Positions 39,355-53,362 of a stretch of DNA of 64,000 nucleotides are shown here, in pieces (the stretch's first letter is position 1; each line of letters begins with the position of its first letter). This stretch comes from Octopus sinensis (lineage: Eukaryota), in contig NC_042999.1 of the NCBI RefSeq assembly GCF_006345805.1, forward strand, positions 152,830,001 through 152,894,000, read 5' to 3'. A program made the position numbers and the translations under genes. Under the pieces are notes generated by a model. That model worked only from the letters and a program-made list of their open reading frames with translations, ran no database searches and had not been told where the DNA came from.

Positions 39355-40410
39355 GTCATCGTCATCATCATCATCATCATCATCGTCATCGTCATCATCN
39401 NNNNNNNNNNNNNNNNNNNNNNNNNNNNNNNNNNNNNNNNNNNNNNNNNNNNNNNNNNNNNNNNNNNNNNNNNNNNNNNNNNNNNNNNNNNNNNNNNNNC
39501 TATCAGGTGTCATCACTCCTTAAAACCCTGGGTCTCCTGTACCAAGACCCCACTGGTGGATGCGGTCTAAAGCCTCATCCGGGACTATATATACATGTGT
39601 GTAAATTTTACAAAGGAAAGGTTAGCTGGGACTTCGAAGTTTCGATTTACCAACCGTCGTTTAACATTCTGATGCAGGGTAACTGGAAAACTGAAATTTC
39701 GAAGTCACTGGCAACTCTCTCCTTTCGGAAATTTAAACGTACCCTACAAAAATGCATTGAGTTTCGCTCTTGACATTCTGAGTTCAAATCCCGCCGAGGT
39801 GAAACTTGTCATTCATCCCTTCGGGTTCGATATGATGAAGTACAAGTATAATACGGGTGTCGATTTAATTGACTACACCTCAACCGCCAAATACCAGACT
39901 TTGTACTTAAATTAGAAGGAACTTTAATCGTACTCGTCCACCACCACCTTCACCTCCTTCTCCTCACCACCTCTTCGCCATTTCTTCCTCTCCTCCTCCT
40001 CCTCCTCCTCCTCTCACTATTGTCATTATTGTCAGCGTCCACGTCCTCCTCCTTCTCTTCATCATCATCATCATCATCTTCATCACCTTCATCCTCATCA
40101 TTATCATCATTATTGTCAGCGTCTTCCCACCCTCCTCCTTCACCTCCTCCTCATCTTCATTATTGTCAGCTTCTCCTTCCTCTTCTTCCTCCTCTTCCTC
40201 ATCATCATTACTGTCGGCGGACCTTGTCCTCCGCCTCCTCGGTCTCCGTCTCCTCGTCCTCCTTCTCGTCCTGCCTCTCCTCCTCCTCATCATCATCATC
40301 ATCACCAACATTATCATCATTGTTGTTGTCATAATCCTCGTCTGCACCATTGTAAGAACAGTCAACATTTACCACCGTGATCATCATCATCATCATCATC
40401 ATCGTCATCG

Positions 40411-40451
<41 letters not shown>

Positions 40452-40488
40452 GTCATCGTCATCATCATCATCATCATCATCGTCATCG

Positions 40489-40498
<10 letters not shown>
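38402..40498. other. ~1-kb direct duplication flanking a 100-N assembly gap (39400-39499)
   Basis: 38402-39399 is repeated from 39500, starting at the first base after the gap. Differences are mostly small indels. Confidence 0.93.
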
Positions 40499-40532
<34 letters not shown>

Positions 40533-40602
40533 GTCGTCGTCGTCGTCATCAACATCATCATCATCATCATCGTCGTCGTCGTCGTCGTCATCATCATCAT
40601 CG

Positions 40603-40637
<35 letters not shown>

Positions 40638-41064
40638 GTCGTCGTCGTCATCATCATCATCATCATCATCATCGTAGTCGTCGCCGTCGTCGTCGTCGTC
40701 GTCATCATCATCATATCATCATCATCATCATCATCATATCATCATCATCATCATCATCATTATCATCATCATAATCGTCGTCGTCGTCGCCTTCGTCATC
40801 GTTGTCGTCGTTCATCATCTTCCTCTTGTAGATGTCGTTATTTGCTTGCAATAAACTGAATGATGTATGTAAAGGTGATGGAGGGCAATGTTTCATAAAT
40901 GCGTTTTTTTTTTCAGACTTATTTTCCAAAACAACACATTTATAAACACACGCACGTGCGAGTTCTCAGACATACAGAAGCGGGCAAATAACAAGCATTT
41001 TATACGTACATACATACATACATGTACGTGTGTATGTATGTATGTATGTATGTATATATGTATG

Positions 41065-41122
<58 letters not shown>

Positions 41123-41435
41123 CATACATATATATATGTGTGAGTTATACATATATTTATACGCCCATACACATGTATGTACACGTATACATATAACGCA
41201 CGATCAATATATATATATATATACTATTTATACATAAGTATATATATAATATATATACTTATTTATACATAAATATATACATATATATACACACATACAT
41301 ATATACATATAATATATACTATATATACACACATATATATATATGCATATATATATGTATATATATAGGTAATATTATATATGTATGTATATATATATAT
41401 ATATTATATATATATATGATATATACACACACATA

Positions 41436-41519
<84 letters not shown>

Positions 41520-41997
41520 TATATACACACATTCGGGCACAGCTAGCAGAAATACACTCACACATAATAATAGAGAAAGCGTCAAAGGAAACATTTGAAC
41601 TTATAAAAATGGGTAGTCTTTTCTCAGAGGATTCAAGATTTAACTCCATGTAGATGATCAATAAGGTATCGGACACCTGATCAGTTATAATTAAATACTG
41701 TGTGCACGGAGTTACGTATGTAAACACATGTGGTTTACAGTTTAGCGTAGAGAGCTAGAAAACATACAAACATTCGAACACCATATACACACAAACATAT
41801 ATCTAACCATACATACATACATACATACATGCATGCATACATACATACGTACATACATACGTACATACATACGTACATACGTACATACATACATTCATAC
41901 ATACATAAATACATACATACATACATACATACATACATACATACATACATACATACATACATACATACGTACATACGTACATACGTACATACATACA

Positions 41998-42031
<34 letters not shown>

Positions 42032-42142
42032 CGTACATACATACATACATACATACATACATACATACATACTACATACATACATACATACATAAATATA
42101 TGCACACATACTTACATAAGTACGTACATACATGCATACTCT

Positions 42143-42560
42143 GAAATAAACTTAGAAAATTCTTCTGTTATGGAATACATTCATAAACACCAACTCTTGG
42201 AATACTGATATAATATTCCCATCAAAACTACTAGCAAATGTAAACATAATAGGCCGGATATTACTGTTTGGGACAGAGGGGCAAAGGTATGTACCATCAT
42301 AGAAGTCAGCTGCCCTGCAGGTTTAAGTATCTCTTTGAAAATCAAAGAAAAGAAGGATATCTATGGCAACTGCTTCGAAATCTCCAGCTATCCAGACTAT
42401 CTATATCCAGGACAATCATATTCCAATAAATTGGAGCATTAGGTTTTTTTTAAATACTTAAAGGAGAATCTGGATAAACTGGGATTTTCAGGTAGAGAAA
42501 TCAGCCGGTTAATTCGTATATTACAAGTGCAATCTGCGAGTGGAACATATGTAAGCACAG
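42143..42560 (+). mobile_element. RLE-type (R4-like) LINE endonuclease remnant
   Basis: EY*YNIPIKTTSKCKHNRPDITVWDRGAKVCTIIEVSCP contains the RPD..E motif. Confidence 0.72.
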
Positions 42561-43507
42561 TTGACCTTCTTCGGCCTCAGCGGAAAATGTACAATGGTGG
42601 GCAACTTTTTATCCTCTCAGAAAAAATATTATTGTTTCCTTTGTTCAACATCAAGCTACATAGGACACTAAACATACGTATGTGTAGGCATAATTTTGCA
42701 CCCGCTTTTTCACACACATAGTCATATAGGCAGATTGCAATGCAGGGTTCCAACGCGACATGCGATATCGCTTTAGCCAATCTTCAAATACATCCGTAAG
42801 TTAAGTTTCCACATTAAATGCGCAGTATCTTTCTAAACCACCATAAACGGGTGGAGTCAGTTTAATATCAATAACTGCATGAGTTGTTTTAGAAGTTCGG
42901 GGTTGTTTATGCTTATCTTGTGTACAATTAACCTAAATGTTTATAGGCTTTTAAGTGTGAGTTCGCAGTTGTGTGTATGCGCGCGTATTCGTGTGTGAGT
43001 AAGTGACTGTTTGTGCAAATATGTGCGTGTATGTGATTATATGACGTCTAAAAGTGTTTGTTTACAACTAGCTTTATCACGCTCATACTATCTTTTAAAT
43101 CTATAGAGGTGGGCCTCTTAAGATTGTCTTTCACTTAATCAATGAGTAGAGTGATATTCTTTTCTTTATATTATATCAACGTCATCTGTACAAATCTTCC
43201 AGGATGTTTATTCTTCTCAAATGTAATTACATACATATATAGATATAGATACGTCGACAAACACACAAACACACACATGTACCTGCATGTGTGTGTGTAC
43301 ATTTGTGAATGTGCGTGCGTATGTGTGCAGACATGTGTATGTGGTGTATGTGTATGCGGTGGGGGCAGAGTCTTGGCTTTTCCGTAACCAAAAATAATGA
43401 CGTTATTAAGACTGTATCTCATGAAAAAAAACACCACTATCGATAAGATCATTTGCATACGTAAAATATGCAAAATGTGACCTCGTGTGTACTGTTGGCG
43501 ATTTTTT

Positions 43508-43850
43508 TACCAACCACATGGTTTACAAACCTCATGGTTCCGGGTTCAGTCCCACTGCGTGGCACCTTGGGCAAGTGTCTTCTACTATAGCCTCAGGCCG
43601 ACGAAAAGCCCGTATATAATATATATATGCGTGTGTGTGTTTGTGTCTGTTTTGTCCTCCTAGCATAGCTTGGCAACCGATGCTGGTGTGTTTATGTCCC
43701 CGTTACTTAGCGGTTCGGCAAAAGAGACCGATAGAATAAGTACTGGGCTTACAAAAGAATAAGTCCCGAGGTCGAGTTGCTCGATTAAAGGCGGTGCTCC
43801 AGCATGGCCGCAGTCAAATGACTGAAACAAGTAAAAGAATAAAAGAATAA
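43508..43850 (+). mobile_element. SINE family A, internally deleted
   Basis: Head, body and (GAATAAAA) tail are present. Confidence 0.85.
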
Positions 43851-44104
43851 AGAATAGAGGCACACAAAAACATATCCGTATATATGTGTGTATGTATGTA
43901 TGTGTGTATGTATGTATGTATGTATGTATGTATGTATGTATGTATGTATGTATGTATGTATGTATGTATGTATGTATGTATAGATGGATGGATGGATGAT
44001 TACATACACAAAAAACAAAAGAAGGAAAAGTCATGGTAGAGTACAAGACAGTATATGACTAGTAACAGGTTAATAGCTTCGACGAATTATGTAAATATTA
44101 ATAT

Positions 44105-44320
44105 GGCGGTGTACTGGCAGAAACGTTTGCAAGCCGGGTGAAATGCTTAGCTGTATTTCTTCTGTCTTTACGTTCCGAGTTCAAATTCCGCCGAGGTCGA
44201 CTTTGCCTTTCATCCTTTCGGGGTTGATAAATGAAGTACTAGTTGCGTACTAGGATTGATCTAATCGACTGGTCCCCTTCCCGCCAAATTTCGGGCCTTG
44301 TGCCTAGAGTAGAAAAGAAT
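44105..44320 (+). mobile_element. SINE family B
   Basis: GGCGG..GGCAGAAACG..GAGTTCAAATTCCGCCGAGGTCGACTTTGCCTTTCATCC..GGCCTTGTGCCTAGAGTAGAAAAGAAT. Confidence 0.87.
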
Positions 44321-44360
44321 TATGTAAATATATATATACATAACACCCTCCATATATATC

Positions 44361-44418
<58 letters not shown>

Positions 44419-44501
44419 TATATAATATATATACGGAGTAAACACATAAATGTGAAACAAGGTGGAAAAAGAGTACTCAAATACCAGTGGTAAGAGTAAT
44501 G

Positions 44502-44655
44502 CTTTATTCAAAGCAGCAGAAAATTCAAACAACCTGTTACTCTGAGTTTCCCGTTGCCGTAAGTCGGACAGTTTTTGCTAGCAAAATTGTCCGACGAACG
44601 GCAACGGGAAACTCAGAGTAAAGGTTTTGTTGAATTTCTGCTGCTTTAAATAAAG
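44502..44655. repeat. ~154-bp imperfect palindrome carrying two divergent hammerhead-like motifs
   Basis: Centre GCTAGC at 44577-44582. Plus arm TTGT CCGACGA ACG GCAA CGG GAAAC TCAGA GTA at 44587-44624; mirror copy at 44534-44571. Confidence 0.9.
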
Positions 44656-44854
44656 TTATATAATATCTATATATTATATATATATCTATATATAGATATA
44701 TATATATATATATATATAATATATATATATATATATAGATATACAGGTACATACAGAGAAGAGAGAGAGAGAGACGATAAGAAATGGAGCAATAATTAAC
44801 GATGAGAAGTGGATCATTGGTGTTTTAAAGTCATTGTTTAATTAAATTAGGAGA

Positions 44855-44935
44855 CTGTTTACAACTGTTTCTGTTGATTAAAATGGGGTAAATCTACATT
44901 GAACTCGTTACGGTTAATAAACACCTTCAGAATGA
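44855..44935 (-). ncRNA. Degenerate hammerhead-like motif with long stem II
   Basis: Minus strand: CTGAAGG TGTTTATTAA..TTAATCAACA GAAAC AGTT GTA. A9G change and a weak stem I. Confidence 0.45.
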
Positions 44936-45355
44936 TTATATGGAACAAAAATCAACGACAAAGAGAAAGAGAAAAAGAAAAGGAAGAGGAGTTCGTTGAA
45001 GGAACAGTCTTACATTTTAGTGACCTCTTTATTTCCACGTGACAGTAGATTCTTTCATTCGATGTTTATGGTGGTAAGTGGAGACACCTAATACCGTAGA
45101 CCTTATAACGAGGTCTATACATACTGAGGTAATATACCAGGAGTGCCTACGGATACATATATCCCTTAGATGGTTGCACAACCTCTAACTTATATTGCAC
45201 TTAACAAATATATATATATATATGTACACACACACACATATATATATAAATATTGATAGAAATGGCAAGACAACAAAAGAATGAAAGAGACCTCGATATT
45301 ATGTAAATAGAGGAATTTATCTGTAAATATATGTGACAATTATTCGGTAGCCATG

Positions 45356-45414
45356 ATAAGACTCCGAGTTTCGGATGTCGGGGCGGAAACCCACGCCGTC
45401 ATCTCTTCAGTTAT
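45356..45414 (-). ncRNA. Type I hammerhead ribozyme-like motif with canonical core
   Basis: Minus strand: ATAA CTGAAGA GATG..GC-rich..CATC C GAAAC TCGGA GTC TTAT. Confidence 0.7.
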
Positions 45415-45699
45415 AGGGCCATCGAAAAAACTGCTATGAAAATAACAGTTAAATAACGGGAAATTACTGTGTGATTGACCGTTATTAAGACAAAGGAGAT
45501 ATAAGAATGCCCGCTAAGGGGAAGTAAAAAGTTCATAGTAATCGCGTAAGCGCGCATGTCCATACACACATGCGCACTCGCACCCCCACGTACATGCGCC
45601 TATATGTATAGATTCATCCACCCTCACTTGAAACCCACACATTCACCAAAAAATATATACATAACCACATACACGCTAGCACACACCCACACACGCGCG

Positions 45700-46210
45700 C
45701 ACAAAAAAGGTTCATGCACACGTCTATATACGCACATGCACAAGAAAAACAGGGCTAAAGGCAAAATACAGAAAAATGTGTAAAAAAGTTTAAAAAATAA
45801 GCAATAAGAGTATAACACATCTATGTACGCACACACTCGCATGCACACACACACACACACGTCTAAAATACGCATATACCGCACACGTCTATATACGCAC
45901 ACATGCACACAAAAAGTGCATACACACGTCTATATACACACAAGCACAAGAAAAAAACAGGGCTAAGGGCAAAATACAGAAAAATGTGTAAAAATGTGTA
46001 AAAAATATGCAATAGAGTAAACTACGTCTATATACGCACATACTCGCATGCAGGCACACACACACACGTCTATATACGCACGTACCCGCACACACGCACA
46101 CATCCACACGCGCGCACAAAAATGCCATATACATGTCTATAAACGTACAGGAAAAATACAGGGTGGAAGGTAGAATACAGAAAAATTATGTGTAAAAAAT
46201 ATATGAGCAA
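45700..46210. repeat. Diverged tandem repeat, ~205-bp period, about 3 units
   Basis: CGTCTATATAC..CAGGGCTAA.GGCAAAATACAGAAAAATGTGTAAAAA recurs near 45720, 45927 and 46135. Confidence 0.7.
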
Positions 46211-46515
46211 TAAAACAATAAAACGATATCTCTATAAATATGCAAAAAATATATAAATATATATATATAAAAAAGATAAGTAAAAATATATAAGAAATAT
46301 AAGTAAAAAGTATAGAGAGATAAAAAGCTTGTACGTGGGCACAATATAGAAAGCAAGTCCTATCTGTAATCTCGGGGGGACCAAAAACGTAATAAATATT
46401 TTGCCACATTTGGACATGATCCGAAAAGTTCAGTTCTTGAATTTAGACATTTAGCGGGGTCTAAGCTGCTTTTCCAGATGAGTCATCTTGCCATATCACA
46501 AAACCGCACTTTCCA

Positions 46516-46653
46516 CTGCCATACGAGTTTCAACAAGACTCACCACCTTCTCACAAAGCCCTAATTACCCAAGAATGGTTCTCAGACAATCTTTTCAATT
46601 ATGTAACAACCAATAAGTGGTCTCCAAGCTCGCCAGATTTGAATCCCCTGGAC
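46516..46653 (+). mobile_element. DD37D (maT-type) Tc1/mariner transposase fragment
   Basis: PYEFQQD-SPPSHKALITQEWFSDNLFNYVTTNKWSPSSPDLNPL-D has exactly 37 residues between the catalytic Asp residues. Confidence 0.8.
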
Positions 46654-46960
46654 TAATTACTATGATTAATTATTTTTATATATTTGTATTGCCCTTTGAA
46701 ACGCGCTTGTGTAATGAATCCAAATTTGTATTAGATCTAATTTTGATGCAACATCTTTTTCTAAACCATTTTAATATAATTATTTATGGTACATTTATGT
46801 CTATAACGATATTTTTTCAACTACTATTTTCATATTTTTATTACATGCTCGGGCTGTTTTTTATGAATATGATGAATCTTTATTAAAAATCATTCTTTCT
46901 TTTTGGATCTCTCGAAAAATTGAAATTCTTTTTTGAAATTATTTTTCCTATATATATATA

Positions 46961-47026
<66 letters not shown>

Positions 47027-47074
47027 TTTTTTCCTATATATATATATATTATATATATATGTCGGTCACGAATG

Positions 47075-47352
47075 ACCATGGGTGCACCTAACAGGTGCCC
47101 CTTTAGGTAAAAGTCTATGCGGAAAGTTGCCTCCCCTTTCCACACCACTGACGTTATCCAAGGGGGATAAGTAAAGGTTGATACAGCATGGCATCAGTGC
47201 CGTCGCAACTCATTTCTATATTTGATTGAACTGAATCAACGTGAAATAAAGTGTCTTGCTGAAGAACACAACACGCAGCTCGGTCCGGGAATCGAACTCA
47301 CCAACCTCACGATCGTAAGCTCGTCGCTCTAACCACTGAGCCATGCATCTTC
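47075..47352 (-). mobile_element. tRNA-derived SINE family C (partial copy at 57885-57992)
   Basis: Minus strand GCATGGCTCAGTGGTTAGAGCG..GTGAGTTCGATTCCCGGACC..GTGTTCTTCAGCAAGACACTTTATTTCAC. Confidence 0.82.
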
Positions 47353-47429
47353 ACACACACACACACACAACACACACACACACACACACACACACACCAT
47401 ATATATATATATATATGTATACATGTATG

Positions 47430-47463
<34 letters not shown>

Positions 47464-48407
47464 TATTCATTTAGGTGTCGGTCACTAGACAAGCAAATGG
47501 TACGTTTCCTACGCCGCAAGGACCAGAGTAATTGAGATGTTGTGAGCTTCATGAATTTCACAAGTATATCAGTAATGTGAGTGAAGCTGAATTCTTGAAA
47601 GCTGGACGTTAAAACTTCATTTTCGTCTCTACTGCTTGAAAGATCACCATTCACTATACGATATCCGCTTATATTCACTTCCGGCAATTCAGCTTTATTC
47701 TATTTCATTCCAGCTAATCGATAACGTATATTGATTGTTTTGGGTAGGAACGAATATATAAATTTATAGGAAAAAAAAATCAGTAAGGTTTTGTGACAGT
47801 CGTATATTTCTTTTCCAACGTTACATACAGAACAAATGAAACTATTTTGTGGAAGATTAATCCAAACCAAGTTATATTCCCTTTATTTTATTTTCTTCTC
47901 TTGATTATGCGCCATCTTGCCGTTATAGATTAAAACTAAATTTCTCGAGCATCATTGTGCCACGTCACGTCAATTAATAACCGCTGGACTATGTGATAAC
48001 ACACGATAAGAATGACATCTGAGCCGAAGAATGAAACAAAAAAATAAATAAAATAAATCAAGCATGTGCCAACGCCGTGTTTGTTACGTGATAGATAGCA
48101 TATGGCGTTTCTTTTTAATGTCCTATGTCAAACGCATTTACCATTTGGATTGTATAATTCTTCTTGTGAGTTATTCCAGAGGGAATCAAATGAACTCGCA
48201 TTTATTCTAATGGCCAACTCTTAAATTTTAAGTGTAATGATACTAACAATATGTTGACACACTTTATTTTATTAACTATACTATGGTTGTATACTTAAAC
48301 AAATATAATAATAATCTGTTATTGGTTTGGACTGAAAACTTTGTATCGGTGTACTGTAGCTGACGATAGTGAGTTGCCTCAACACTAAAAGTAGTAAGTA
48401 ATGTGAA

Positions 48408-48845
48408 GGCTGCGAGCTGGCAGAATAGTTTGCACCCCGGGTAAAATACTTAGCGGCATTTCATCCGTCTTTACGTTCTGAGTTCAAATTCCGCCGAGGT
48501 CGACTTTGCCTTTCATACCCTCGGCGTCGATAAATTAAGTACCAGTTGCGTAGCGGAGTTGATCTAATCGACTGGAACACTCCCCCAAAATTTCAAGGCC
48601 TTGTGCCTAGCGAAGAAAAGAATATTTAAAGGCGGCGAGCTGGCAGAAGCGTTAGCACGCCGGACGAAATGCTTAGCGGCATTTCGTCCGTCTTTACGTT
48701 CTGAGTTCAAATTCCACCGAAGTCGACTTTGCCTTTTCCTCATTTCGGGGTCGATAAATTAAGTACCAGCTGCGTACAGGGGTTGATCTAATCGACTGGT
48801 CCCCAACCTCGAACTTGCTAGACATGTGCTACAATTTGAAATCAA
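48408..48845 (+). mobile_element. Two tandem SINE family B copies (48408-48624 and 48631-48845)
   Basis: Two successive GGC(G/T)GCGAGCTGGCAGAA heads, each followed by the Deu/Nin-like body. Confidence 0.87.
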
Positions 48846-49542
48846 TATTATTTGTTGTACGAAGGTCAGTTTGGTTTTGAAGATTTAAGTAATTTTACTT
48901 AAATCGAAAAACAGAAGTGATTTTTGCGCCTCCATCGGTTACGGTTATCCATGCGAACACTCAATTATGTGTGTGTGTGCGCGCGTGCGTGCATGTGTGT
49001 GTGTTAGCGAAGGCAGATATTTGGAATATAAAACCAAAAAGAAAAGCATCAATTGTCACTAACTGGTACTGAGGGTGCTGTGTAGCACAATATTGCTAGA
49101 AATAAGAGTTTTAAAAAATCCCTTAGAGCCGCACCTTCTCTTATACGCACCGGAGAGATAACCATCCCACAGCTTTCGAGATCAGTATGCTAGTCTAGTT
49201 TCGCTTGAAAATCACAAGTTCATCAGTAGTGACTTCAACAACGCTAAATCCTGACTAACAGTGTATATATTTACTGTATGAATCTGTGGCTGATTCAGCA
49301 AAATGCTAATATAAAAATTATAAAGTAACGAATGTTGTTATACACAACAGAAAACCATGTAGTCACTACTAATGATCTTGTAACTTCTATCGAAACAACA
49401 TAGTGATCTCGCACGCTAGGGGCGGTTATCTCCCCTGCCAGTATATAAAAAATGTGCTTTCTTGCGTCTCCAAGGATTTTATAACGCATGCTTTTGGCAA
49501 TATAGGTGCTACGCGACACCTTCAGTTACAATCAGTGATAGC

Positions 49543-49595
<53 letters not shown>

Positions 49596-50482
49596 CATTA
49601 CATACATACATACATACATCATACATACATACATACATACATACACACACACATAATAGTATATATATTTATATATTTCTGCATATATGGACTTGATTCG
49701 CTAGAAAGCACCACCTACCGTTATTCTAAATGATATCTAAAGAAATAATAAAGGCGAAAGTGAAGATATATGTGATTAATATATGGTTTCCCAGGTAATT
49801 AATCCCTCCACCACTTTTGTCTATGAAAGCTATGAGATCAATTTGATAAATCTTTTCAATATAAAATTTTTAAATCTCTGATATTCTCGCTTTATCTGCA
49901 CCATTTCTATAGGAATACGTAATATTTCTCTCTCTCTCTCTCCCTCTCTCTCTCTCTCTCCCTCTCCCTCTCTCTCTCCAGGAACCTGTCATGGAAGTAT
50001 ATATTTAAATTGATTTAGCGAGAATATACAAAAACTGAAACGGAATAAATAGCAAGGTTTAACGTCGAGTTAACCTTCTATCATTAGATAATCACTCCAA
50101 AGTTCATAACCTGAAAATTAGATCACGACCGTTTGTTGTTCTATCTATGGATCGGAAGTTAAACTTCATGTCAATGAGGTAAGTAAAGTATACTCACTTG
50201 AACTATCTTTTGTGTGCGTGCGCGCGCGTGTTGTATGTATGTATATATATATATATATATATAATATATATATATTATATATATATATATACATCCATAT
50301 ATATATACAACATACATATACATACATATATATATATACATATATATACATATTATATATTATATACACACACACACATATATATATAGTATATATATAT
50401 ATATATACATACGACAGGCTTCTTTCATTTTCAATATATTTATATAATATGTATATTTATATATGTATGTCTGTATATATAT

Positions 50483-50515
<33 letters not shown>

Positions 50516-50546
50516 ATACATATGTATACATATATATATATACAAA

Positions 50547-50590
<44 letters not shown>

Positions 50591-50871
50591 ATGACTTAGA
50601 AATGTTTAATATATATATATATATATTGAAAATTTATATATATGTATGTATATATATATGTATGCATATTTGTATGTCTGTGTATATAGCTGTCTGTGTG
50701 TATGTGTATGTGTGTGCGTGAGTTTGTGACAGTATGTGTATCTTTCTGTAGTGTATAACGAGAAGCGGACAGCTGACCGATGGCCGTTAGATTGTAAGGG
50801 TCAAAACGTCATAATGCCAGATAAAATCCTCTGACCTCTTACGCAGCCTGTGCAAAATGGCTTTTTAGAAA

Positions 50872-50909
<38 letters not shown>

Positions 50910-51289
50910 TCTCTCTCTTTCGCTCTCTTTCGTACTTTCTTTCTCTCTCTTTCTCTCTCTCTCTCTCACCCTCTCTCTCTTTCGTATATGTTAATCGTTT
51001 CTCACTCTCAGCATGGAGATTGTAAGTAGTTGTTGATGTAAAATAGAAGAGAGCAGAATGTGGGTGGGTGGATGTGGGGGGTGTACGGGGGGGGGCAGCT
51101 TGGAAAAGATGGCGGTGGTGTTGGTCAGATAATTTGGTAGCAGCATGAGGTAGGAATCTCGTGTGGTGTGTTTGGTTAAGGAGTGAATCGTAAAGAATTT
51201 GAAATTCTAATAAATTTCTTTGCAGTAAATACAAGTATGGTGTTTGAATAGCAACATAATATACGATTATACAGCAGCTTCACGATCTA

Positions 51290-51476
51290 CCACCATCATC
51301 AACATTATCATCGTCATTGTCATTGTCGTTGTCGTTGTCGTCATCCACTTCTTCTTGTTCTTCTTCTTGTTCTTGTTCTTGTTCTTCTCTTCTTCTCCTT
51401 CTTCTTCTTCTTCTTCTTCTTCTTCTCCTTCTTCTCCTTCTTCTTCTTCTTCTTCTTCTTCTTCTTCTCCTTCTTC

Positions 51477-51508
<32 letters not shown>

Positions 51509-51731
51509 TATGATCATCATGATCATCATGATCATCCTCGTCGTCATCATTATCAACGTCATCATCATCACCATCATGGTTGTCGCCGCCGTTGTCGTCG
51601 TCCACCTCCTCCTCCTCATCATCATCATCTTCATCATCATCATCAACATCATCATCGTCACCGTCGTAATCCCCATTCTCTCCTCCTCCTCCTCCTCATC
51701 ATCATCATCATCGTCATCATCATCATCATCG

Positions 51732-51781
<50 letters not shown>

Positions 51782-52151
51782 GTCACCGTCGTCGTCCCCA
51801 TTCTCTCCTCCTCCTCCTCCTCCTCCTCATCATCATCATCATCATCATCTTCATTATCATCATCAGCATCAGCATCGTCACCGTCGTCGTCCCCATCCTC
51901 TCCTCCTCCTCCTCCTCCTCCTCATCATCATCATCATCATCACCATCGTCACCGTCGTCGTTGTCGGCGCCGTCGTCGTCAGCGTCGTCGTCCTCCTCCT
52001 CTACTTCATCATCAACGTTATCATCATCATGATTAGCATGATCATCATCGTCATCATCATCAACGTCTTCATCGTCATCGACATCGCCTTGATCCTCGCC
52101 ACCACCACCACCACTACCAACATAATCAACAACACCAACACCAACACCACC

Positions 52152-52185
<34 letters not shown>

Positions 52186-52200
52186 TCATCATTGTCATCT
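51290..52200. repeat. Compound (CTT)/(CAT)/(CCT)/(CGT)/(ACC) trinucleotide tract
   Basis: Directly visible. Similar tracts at 8140-8450, 38840-40850, 60590-60880 and 61355-61815. Confidence 0.92.
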
Positions 52201-52942
52201 TTTTAACAGCAGTTATTTAACTCTTGATGATTCCTAACCGAAGGGAACCATAAGGAATTTGTTTGCATTTTATTTCCCCTAAAGCGACGCCTCCATATTT
52301 TTGCCCTCCACCATTTTTGGTTTTGTTTTACTCTCCTCGTTGCGATAGTCATGCTGGGAGACTACAAAAACCGAGGTGATTTGGGGACTTCTTGGAAACA
52401 GACAGCTATAGATTTCCTACACCTTAGCTATTGTATATATTCCGACGCTCTTAGGTAATGGTATAAATTTCTTGGCTCTTAGCTTGTGGTATAAATTCAA
52501 ATTTGCTAAGGCTTAGGTAATGGCACAAACTCCCTAACCTTTCACCTTATCTGATCTGATACTTATATTAACATTTGTCGTTCACGTTTACGCTTATGTA
52601 CAGCCAGGACGGGTTCTACCATAATAAGCAGAAAGAAACATTAGTAAAAATAGACAAACCAACACACACACACACACACTACATGCACATACAAACACAT
52701 ACACACACCTACAAAACTCGCGCGCACATACGCACACACAACACGCACACATATAAACACATACACACAAACATACAAACACACACACGCTCACACACAC
52801 ACCACACACACACACACACAGACATACTTTAACTTTAATCTGTTAGGGTTCCATAAAATAAGTACCAGTTGGCCTCTGGTTTCGATGTAATCGACTTGTC
52901 CCCTAACCCCAAATTTCAGGCTTTGCGCCTATAATAGAAGGG

Positions 52943-52998
<56 letters not shown>

Positions 52999-52999
<1 letters not shown>

Positions 53000-53362
53000 G
53001 AGTGAGAGAGCAGTTCATACCATCAAAGTGACACTGGGGTAAAATATACGAAGCCCAATATACCCATCATGACTACCCATCTGATAAGGCACACCAGGCA
53101 CATGCATCACAACCATATGTGCGAGACATGGTGATCTCATATCAAGATAAACAGCACATGACCTTGCAGGTGGGGCCCAGTTAGAATTTTCTTCAGGTTG
53201 AGTAGCCCATCCCGCTCAAACGGTCCCTGAATAAGGGTTGTTTAAGGATGTTGAAAGAACCACCCATGTTTCCAGAGGTGAATTATTCAAACCCCAAAGA
53301 ATCCCTCTCAACACATGGCTATGATGCTCCCCCACTACTTCTGCTCGTGATCAGAGATGCAC

